From: Fidelibacterota bacterium | GTDB taxonomy: Bacteria > Fidelibacterota > Marinisomatia > Marinisomatales > Marinisomataceae | Assembly (NCBI GenBank): GCA_018672235.1 | Contig: JABHGE010000015.1 | Coordinates: 1-13,442 of the forward strand | Reading direction: 5' to 3' | Length of the DNA stretch: 13,442 nucleotides | Shown: piece by piece, positions 7,710 through 13,442 of the stretch | Position numbering within the stretch: position 1 is the stretch's first letter | Layout of the letters: the number at the start of each line of letters is the position of its first letter | Notes under the pieces: model-generated | The model's database searches: none | Told to the model about the DNA's origin: nothing | What the model saw: only the letters and a program-made list of their open reading frames with translations | Translations under genes and position numbers: made by a program

Positions 7710-8732
7710 ATGAACATCTTATATGGAATAGCTGCAACTGGTAATGGTCATATTAGCCGATCTAGAATTATCGTAAATGCTCTGAAAAAAAGGGGTCATT
7801 CAGTAAATGTTATCCTAAGCGGTAGAGAAGAAAAAGACTTGTTTGATATAGATGAACTCAAACCATTTCAGATTAAAAAAGGGTTTACGTTTGTTAGCAA
7901 CAACGGAAAATTGAGCTATATCAAAACTGTACTAAATTCTCATCCAATAGAATTTTTAAATGATATAAGATCTATAGATAATACATACGACCTGGTCATT
8001 ACTGATTTTGATCCTATAAGCGCTTACGTTGCTAAAAAATATAAAATAACATGCATAGGAATAGGTCATCAGTATTCATTCTATAAAAATATCCCTATGA
8101 CAAAGAAAATGAAGTTTGCTAGCATATTTTTTCCAAAAATATATGCTCCTGTAAATTTTACTATTCCTTTTCATTTTTATCATTTTAATGAATCAATCCT
8201 TCCTCCATTTATCGATCCTATGTTTTATAACGACATAGATTCAGGCCAAATGAATGAAGATATCTTAGTTTACTTACCCTGGGAAAATTCAGATGACATG
8301 ATTACTATATTAAAAACTATATCAAAAGAATTTATAGTGTATACAAAAATTGAATCTATCCAAAAAATTGACAATATCACCTTGAAACCTTTTTCAAATG
8401 TAGCTTTTAAACAAGATTTAATGCGATGCCATTCTCTAATTACTAATGCTGGATTTCAACTAATATCAGAAGCGCTTTTTTTAGGAAAACCAATGCTATG
8501 TAAAGCCCAAAAAGGACAACCCGAACAAGAACATAATGCTAAAATACTTCATGATCTCCATTATGCTACGGTAACAAAAGAGATAAATATGGAAATCATT
8601 AAAGATTGGATTAATAACAGTAAAAAGACTAAAATAGATTTTTCAGATCCAAGAGATTTAATAATAGATATCATTGAAAATAGAGAGAAGGATTTTTCAA
8701 ATGAAATTAATGAGTTATGGAAAGTAAAGTAA
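7710..8732 (+). CDS. MJ1255/VC2487-family glycosyltransferase (GT-B)
   Basis: 'MNILYGIAATGNGHISRSR', 'YDLVITDFDP', 'IGIGHQY', 'ILVYLPWE', 'LITNAGFQLISEALFLGKP', 'GQPEQ..NA'. Confidence 0.85.
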   Translation: MNILYGIAATGNGHISRSRIIVNALKKRGHSVNVILSGREEKDLFDIDELKPFQIKKGFTFVSNNGKLSYIKTVLNSHPIEFLNDIRSIDNTYDLVITDFDPISAYVAKKYKITCIGIGHQYSFYKNIPMTKKMKFASIFFPKIYAPVNFTIPFHFYHFNESILPPFIDPMFYNDIDSGQMNEDILVYLPWENSDDMITILKTISKEFIVYTKIESIQKIDNITLKPFSNVAFKQDLMRCHSLITNAGFQLISEALFLGKPMLCKAQKGQPEQEHNAKILHDLHYATVTKEINMEIIKDWINNSKKTKIDFSDPRDLIIDIIENREKDFSNEINELWKVK

Positions 8733-9808
8733 ACCTATTAGGCCGTTCACAAAAAAATCTAGAAGATTTTTTTGTAGACATCAATGAGCCATCTTTTAGA
8801 GGAAAACAACTATTAAAATGGGTTCATCAAAAAGGTGAACTAGATTTTGATAATATGAGCAATTTCAATAAAAAACTTAGAGAAAAGTTGAAAGAAATAG
8901 CAGTCTTGATTCCTCCTAAAGTAGAGAAAGTACTAGTATCTGAAGGAGGTACTAAAAAATATCTCATTCAACTAGCTTCTGGATCATCAATAGAGATGGT
9001 AAGAATTCCTGAAAAGAAAAGAATGACATTATGTATCTCTTCTCAAGCAGGTTGTGCTCTTCAATGTACATTCTGCGCTACAGGCGCACAAGGATTTGAA
9101 AAGAATCTGACTGCCGATGAAATTATTGGCCAACTTTGGTTAGCAAATTTTCATGATAGAGAAGATACTCCAATTACTAATGTTGTATTTATGGGTATGG
9201 GAGAACCGCTTTTAAATTTTGAACCTGTTATTGAATCTGCTGAAATTATGAGAGATGAATCAGCATATTTCTTATCTAAAAAAAGGATTACTATCAGTAC
9301 TTCTGGAATTGTACCTAAAATTAATGAACTAGCAGAGAGAACGGATGCTTCTCTTGCCATTTCACTACATGCTGCAGACAATGAACTCAGAGATATCATT
9401 GTACCAATTAATCAAAAATATCCTATTGATGAGTTACTCAATGCATGTAAGCAATATTTAATGTCACATGATGATAAAAGATATATTACGATTGAATATA
9501 TATTAATAGATGGTGTAAATGATTCTATGAATCATGCAAAAAATCTTGCAAAAATACTATCTGGCCTTGCATGTAAAATTAATCTTATTCCTTTTAATCC
9601 ATTTGATGGCTGTGATTATAAGCGGTCAAATAATAGAAATATTGAAGCTTTCAAAAAGCATTTATTCGATAAAGGATACATTACAACATTACGAATAACT
9701 AGAGGGGATGATATTGATGGAGCATGTGGACAACTTGTAGGGAATTTAAAGAAGGCTAGAAAAGCAACTCCGATTAAAAAGATTCTTCAGGCTCAAGCCG
9801 CAGCTTAG
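8717..9808 (+). CDS. rlmN: Dual-specificity 23S rRNA (A2503-C2) / tRNA (A37-C2) methyltransferase RlmN
   Basis: 'TLCISSQAGCALQCTFCATG' (CxxxCxxC), 'NVVFMGMGEPL', 'LAISLHA', 'INLIPFNP', 'RGDDIDGACGQL'. Overlaps the upstream gene by 16 bp. Confidence 0.96.
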   Translation: MESKVNLLGRSQKNLEDFFVDINEPSFRGKQLLKWVHQKGELDFDNMSNFNKKLREKLKEIAVLIPPKVEKVLVSEGGTKKYLIQLASGSSIEMVRIPEKKRMTLCISSQAGCALQCTFCATGAQGFEKNLTADEIIGQLWLANFHDREDTPITNVVFMGMGEPLLNFEPVIESAEIMRDESAYFLSKKRITISTSGIVPKINELAERTDASLAISLHAADNELRDIIVPINQKYPIDELLNACKQYLMSHDDKRYITIEYILIDGVNDSMNHAKNLAKILSGLACKINLIPFNPFDGCDYKRSNNRNIEAFKKHLFDKGYITTLRITRGDDIDGACGQLVGNLKKARKATPIKKILQAQAAA

Positions 9809-10119
9809 CTCTTATGGGTCTCAAAGTACTTCAATAAATCTTCAAATCCACCAATAGGCACATCATTGACAACAATCTGAGGCACTGTCACGCCCTTAGT
9901 CATCTCTGCCATTTCTTCTCTACTAATATTATGTTCTTCAATATCTATATCGGTAAAAGAAAATCCATTTTCTGTTAAAAATCTTTTTGCCATTTTACAT
10001 GGACCGCACCATGAAGCGCTATAAATTTTAATTGTTGTATTGTCTGGTTTTAAAGTATTCATGCAAGAATATAGCACGCAGATTATAAAAAAGAAAAAAA
10101 TATTTTTATTTCTTATCAT
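9805..10119 (-). CDS. Glutaredoxin/NrdH-like redoxin with a possible N-terminal lipoprotein signal
   Basis: 'IKIYSASWCGPCKMAK..L...G', cis-Pro motif 'TVPQI', 'IGGFEDL'. N-terminus MIRNKNIFFFFIICVLYSC. Confidence 0.85.
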   Translation of the reverse strand: MIRNKNIFFFFIICVLYSCMNTLKPDNTTIKIYSASWCGPCKMAKRFLTENGFSFTDIDIEEHNISREEMAEMTKGVTVPQIVVNDVPIGGFEDLLKYFETHKS

Positions 10120-10143
10120 ATATAATAATAGCTAAAATAGCCT

Positions 10144-10227
10144 ATGGATTTTGGATTATACTATTGGGGAATATTTGGAGGAGTAATACTGTTTGTATTT
10201 CTTGTCTCCTTACTTTTTAACCCTTAA
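10144..10227 (+). CDS. Putative 27-aa single-TM small protein
   Basis: Hand translation MDFGLYYWGIFGGVILFVFLVSLLFNP*. Ends 14 bp before the next gene; a -10-like TAAAAT lies 5 nt upstream of the ATG. Confidence 0.55.
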   Translation: MDFGLYYWGIFGGVILFVFLVSLLFNP

Positions 10228-10241
10228 CAAAAGGAACTATT

Positions 10242-10472
10242 ATGGAATTTATACAATCATTTGGAGAATATTTAATTGCTAATCCAGCGGCAATGATTGC
10301 CGTATCTCTTTATCAAGGTTTATGGTCAATGCTAGGATTATGGTTTGCAGCAAGGAACGATCATAAAATTTGGTTTGTTGTTATAGCGCTTTCTAACACC
10401 ATGGGTATAATTGAAATCATTTACTTAGCAAAAAAGACAACATTTTTTAAAAACTTTAATATCAATGGGTAA
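10242..10472 (+). CDS. DUF5652-family small membrane protein
   Basis: 'GLWFAARNDHKIWFVVIALSNTMGIIEIIYL' matches my recollection of the DUF5652 pattern (ALW.AAR....WF.....NT.GI..IIY). SD-like AAGGAA at 10231-10236. Confidence 0.75.
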   Translation: MEFIQSFGEYLIANPAAMIAVSLYQGLWSMLGLWFAARNDHKIWFVVIALSNTMGIIEIIYLAKKTTFFKNFNING

Positions 10473-10671
10473 TAGACACTTTCCGACTGTTATTGCACTT
10501 ATAATGCTCATAGCGATGCTAGGATTAATGAGCAATTGCCAAGTTAAAACTGACATTCCATTGGAATATCAGGCCCCTACTGATTCCAGTGAGCATCTTG
10601 ATGAGAATGGAGAGCCAATGAAAAAACGTATTGTGTCTTATGAATTTCAACGAGACAACAAGAATCCTTGA
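10465..10671 (+). CDS. Hypothetical exported protein or lipoprotein
   Basis: 68 aa; N-terminal hydrophobic helix ending 'GLMSNC', then a hydrophilic tail. Overlaps both neighbours (8 bp and 4 bp). Confidence 0.65.
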   Translation: MGNRHFPTVIALIMLIAMLGLMSNCQVKTDIPLEYQAPTDSSEHLDENGEPMKKRIVSYEFQRDNKNP

Positions 10672-11588
10672 GAAAAATACTCTCGATTGGCATTTCTCTT
10701 GCCTGTCTTTATATAGCATTTCAACAGGTTAATTTATTAGAAGTTTTTACTGCCCTATCTAATACTAATCTTTCTTATATAATTGCTGCTTTAATTATTA
10801 CAGCTATCACTTTTTTTCTTAGAGCTTTAAGATGGAAAACCCTCCTAAATGCTCCAAAATCTCTTACCTTGAAGCATTATTTGTCGACAACACATATTGG
10901 ATATTTTTTAAATAATATTCTCCCATTCAGAGCTGGAGATATATTTCGAGCTAAACTATTATCAAACCATGATAAGAGTATAAAACTAAGTTATTTGATT
11001 GGGAGTCTTGTTGGAGAAAAAATTATTGATCTTTGGGTGATAGGACTATTTAGTGTCATATTGATTCTACTCGGATATACTAACCTGCTCGGCGTTCAAT
11101 TCATAGTCACTGTTGTTGCTATATCCTTTCTGAGTTCATTAATTATTTTTGGGCGACATAGCCTATCCAGTAGATTGCTCGTGATGTTTCCATTATTAAC
11201 TAATTTTGTTGCAGGGTATAGATTAGTATCAGAAAATAAGGTTCATTTATGGAGTTGGTCTATGTTACTATGGATTAGTTTTGTGGCATATGTAACTTTG
11301 TCATTGAAAGCAATTGGAATCGTACTAACGTTAGAACAAGCTTTAGGGCTAACGATTATATCTAGCATTGTTACTTCATTGCCTATCGCTCCTGCTGCAA
11401 TTGGAACATACCATTTAGCAGTCATTTATTGTCTACATAACTTATATGGCATTAATCTAGAATTAGCACAAACAGGTGCTATTATTATGCATAGTATTTT
11501 TCTTCTGTACAGTATTGTAGCAGGTTATATATATTTGCTATCTGAAAATCTACATATTGGATCAATAGTAAATGACAACAAAAACTAA
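10668..11588 (+). CDS. Lysylphosphatidylglycerol-synthase TM-domain (UPF0104 / flippase-like) membrane protein
   Basis: 'LRALRW..LL', 'IGYFLNNILPFRAGDIFRA', 'EKIIDL', 'LPIAPAAIGTYH'. TTG start coupled to the upstream TGA. Confidence 0.88.
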   Translation: MRKILSIGISLACLYIAFQQVNLLEVFTALSNTNLSYIIAALIITAITFFLRALRWKTLLNAPKSLTLKHYLSTTHIGYFLNNILPFRAGDIFRAKLLSNHDKSIKLSYLIGSLVGEKIIDLWVIGLFSVILILLGYTNLLGVQFIVTVVAISFLSSLIIFGRHSLSSRLLVMFPLLTNFVAGYRLVSENKVHLWSWSMLLWISFVAYVTLSLKAIGIVLTLEQALGLTIISSIVTSLPIAPAAIGTYHLAVIYCLHNLYGINLELAQTGAIIMHSIFLLYSIVAGYIYLLSENLHIGSIVNDNKN

Positions 11589-12483
11589 AGGATTGCTTAC
11601 AGTATTATCTGCCTATACTATCGCTATAGGATTAGGAGTGCTATCTATTTTATACAATCTTCATCTTGGAGATATGTTACAAATCTTTATTGCTGACCTG
11701 ATAGCAACATTTATGATTTATTGTTTCAGTGTTGCATATAAAAATTCTTCATTCTATGACCCTTATTGGTCTGTAATTCCTCCATTTATTCTATTATTTT
11801 GGATCTGGAAACAAGACTTTATTTTTAGCGGGACAGTAAGTTTGCTAATCTTTGCTATGCTATTTTGGTCCATACGCTTAACAACCAATTGGATAAAAAC
11901 TTGGGAAGGATTACATCATGAAGATTGGCGTTATATCGATATGAGAAAAAATCTAGGTAGCTCTTTTGAGCTTCTAGGTAACTTTGGTGGCATCCATTTC
12001 TTTCCAACATTAATTGTATTTTTTTGCTGTATGCCTATGGGAGTAACTCTTGAATTACAAGAAATTATGCCCGATACAAGCATGCAAGCATATGCTGGAT
12101 TTTTTATTTGTATTTTAGGTGTTTTATATCAAATTATTTCTGACACACAACTGCATCGCTTCAGAGAAGAAAATCCACATCAAAAAGGGATTATAGAAAC
12201 AGGATTATGGAATTATTCAAGGCATCCAAATTATTATGGTGAGATCTTATTTTGGTGGGGAATATTTTTATTTGGCAATTCATATCTATCACAAACTGAA
12301 GGGCTTGGATTGAGTTATTTAATTCTCGCTCCTATTGCAATGACATTAATGTTTTGGTATGCGAGTATTCCTTGGATTGAAATTAAAATTCTTCGCACAA
12401 GGCCTGCATATAAAGATTATCAAAAAAGGGTTCATATTTTATTTCCAGAAATCACTATATTAAAACGCTTAATCGGTAAATAA
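11572..12483 (+). CDS. DUF1295-family membrane protein (steroid 5-alpha-reductase-like)
   Basis: 'NSSFYDPYWS', 'WSIRLT.NW', 'HEDWRY', 'SDTQL..FR', 'GLWNYSRHPNYYGE..FWWG', 'Y..YQ'. Confidence 0.9.
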   Translation: MTTKTKGLLTVLSAYTIAIGLGVLSILYNLHLGDMLQIFIADLIATFMIYCFSVAYKNSSFYDPYWSVIPPFILLFWIWKQDFIFSGTVSLLIFAMLFWSIRLTTNWIKTWEGLHHEDWRYIDMRKNLGSSFELLGNFGGIHFFPTLIVFFCCMPMGVTLELQEIMPDTSMQAYAGFFICILGVLYQIISDTQLHRFREENPHQKGIIETGLWNYSRHPNYYGEILFWWGIFLFGNSYLSQTEGLGLSYLILAPIAMTLMFWYASIPWIEIKILRTRPAYKDYQKRVHILFPEITILKRLIGK

Positions 12484-12487
12484 AAAA

Positions 12488-12601
12488 ATGGATAATAATA
12501 CAATGACAGTTTTAAAGATTTTTGGGCTAATTGGCTTAGTCTATTTCACTTTCTTTATGCTAGTCATGGTCCCTCATAAAACCTGGTATTTCTTCGGATA
12601 A
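12488..12601 (+). CDS. Putative 37-aa single-TM small protein
   Basis: Hand translation MDNNTMTVLKIFGLIGLVYFTFFMLVMVPHKTWYFFG*. Starts 4 bp after the DUF1295 stop. Confidence 0.55.
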   Translation: MDNNTMTVLKIFGLIGLVYFTFFMLVMVPHKTWYFFG

Positions 12602-12612
12602 TCTTATCCTCA

Positions 12613-12753
12613 ATGTTTAATCAAAAAAATTTTATTTGGCTTGCTCTTGTTTGTATATGGAATTTTGGATATCCTCAGGCAACTCCTATTGAAGATGTTA
12701 TGATTGCTATTATTTTAGCAGGATTATCTTATAAATTAAATCAAACCAACTAG
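12613..12753 (+). CDS. 46-aa helical-hairpin membrane protein
   Basis: Hand translation MFNQKNFIWLALVCIWNFGYPQATPIEDVMIAIILAGLSYKLNQTN*. Two short hydrophobic helices flank a 'WNFGYP.ATP.ED' loop. Convergent 18-bp overlap with the YceI gene. Confidence 0.65.
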   Translation: MFNQKNFIWLALVCIWNFGYPQATPIEDVMIAIILAGLSYKLNQTN

Positions 12754-13266
12754 GTAAAACTTAATTGTAACATCATTTTTCATTTTTATTGTCAGCAATG
12801 AAGGACGTTTAATTTTGTAATCTGATAAGCTAATACTAAAACTTGTATCTACTATAATTTTTTGATTATCTATATTGAAATTAACTGGAATCATTATCTC
12901 TTTTTTAATCCCGTGAAAAAATAAGATTCCATTGATATAATATTGATTCTCTTTTTTTGTTATTGATGAAGAAGAAAAGCTCACTACAGGATAGAAATAA
13001 TCCTCAATTACATCAAGCATATTAGAATCACGATTGGAATTCTTGCTATCAAAACTAAATACGGGTACATATAAATCTACGCTTGATAAAATAGGGTCAG
13101 ATTGGTCAAATATAAACGAGCCTTTAATCTCTTTTGATATACCCGTCCAATTATGGGCAGGATGTTTTCCATCATAAGAAATAAAACTTTCCTCTAAGTC
13201 AATTGTGACTGACACTCCTTGTGCAAACACAAATTGAAAAAATAGAATGGATATTAGTTTTCTCAC
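12736..13266 (-). CDS. YceI-family (lipid/polyisoprenoid-binding) periplasmic protein
   Basis: Signal peptide, 'H.AHNWTG', 'FDSKNSNRDSNM', 'YP.V.F.S', 'G.L.FHG.KK', 'LSDYKI.RP'. GTG start coupled to the upstream TGA. Confidence 0.88.
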   Translation of the reverse strand: MRKLISILFFQFVFAQGVSVTIDLEESFISYDGKHPAHNWTGISKEIKGSFIFDQSDPILSSVDLYVPVFSFDSKNSNRDSNMLDVIEDYFYPVVSFSSSSITKKENQYYINGILFFHGIKKEIMIPVNFNIDNQKIIVDTSFSISLSDYKIKRPSLLTIKMKNDVTIKFYLVGLI

Positions 13267-13442
13267 TTAAAAAAAGTAATCCCTAACGCATCAAGACTTA
13301 ACGCAAAAAATGCCACCGTTCCTGCTTTTAAATGAGCATCCATCAAATCATTATATCTTTTACCATCCTTTACTGCTGCTTTGGCTAAAAATGGTTGTGC
13401 CATCATTGCAGAAAAGTGAAGGATTGCCATTGTACGATGAAA
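13263..13442 (-). CDS. Membrane protein, 3' end only (His-bearing TM helices)
   Basis: Hand translation ...FHRTMAILHFSAMMAQPFLAKAAVKDGKRYNDLMDAHLKAGTVAFFALSLDALGITFFK*. Open through the window end; stop overlaps the YceI start (GTGA). Confidence 0.75.
   Translation of the reverse strand, partial: FHRTMAILHFSAMMAQPFLAKAAVKDGKRYNDLMDAHLKAGTVAFFALSLDALGITFFK

Noticed and set aside
9151..9399. 82-aa minus-strand ORF
   Set aside because: Antisense shadow of rlmN.
8717..9808. Cfr-type resistance methyltransferase
   Set aside because: Motifs (MGMGEPL, LAISLHA, DIDGACGQL) and context fit housekeeping RlmN; Cfr typically has MGMGEAL.
10525..11425. Minus-strand ORFs 10525..10719 and 11243..11425
   Set aside because: Antisense to a coupled plus-strand operon with recognisable family motifs.
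1..13442. CRISPR arrays, tRNA/rRNA, IS elements, integrases
   Set aside because: Nearly all sequence is accounted for by CDS; no spaced repeats, cloverleafs, terminal inverted repeats or transposase motifs were seen by eye.

Overview
AT-rich, very densely packed bacterial chromosomal window. The gene content and style suggest a streamlined marine bacterium, possibly Marinimicrobia-like (inference only). The left third is a tightly coupled minus-strand operon: YbdK-type carboxylate-amine ligase, queC, queE, queD, queF (preQ1/queuosine precursor synthesis), a 62-aa membrane protein and a Yip1-family protein, followed by a truncated YHYH-like lipoprotein gene. Divergent from it is a surface-glycan locus with two bifunctional fusion genes (GT2 + TagF-like polyol-phosphotransferase; TagD-like cytidylyltransferase + Gfo/Idh/MocA oxidoreductase), then an MJ1255/VC2487 glycosyltransferase and rlmN. 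The right third holds a lipoprotein-like glutaredoxin, small membrane proteins (three missed by the ORF track), DUF5652, an LPG-synthase-TM/flippase-like protein, DUF1295, YceI and a truncated His-rich membrane protein. I saw no RNA genes, CRISPR array or mobile element. The best candidates for new biology are the two-gene, four-activity teichoic-acid-like polyol-phosphate module and the atypical, mosaic que operon headed by an amine ligase, whose QueD lacks a canonical Zn-ligand His.
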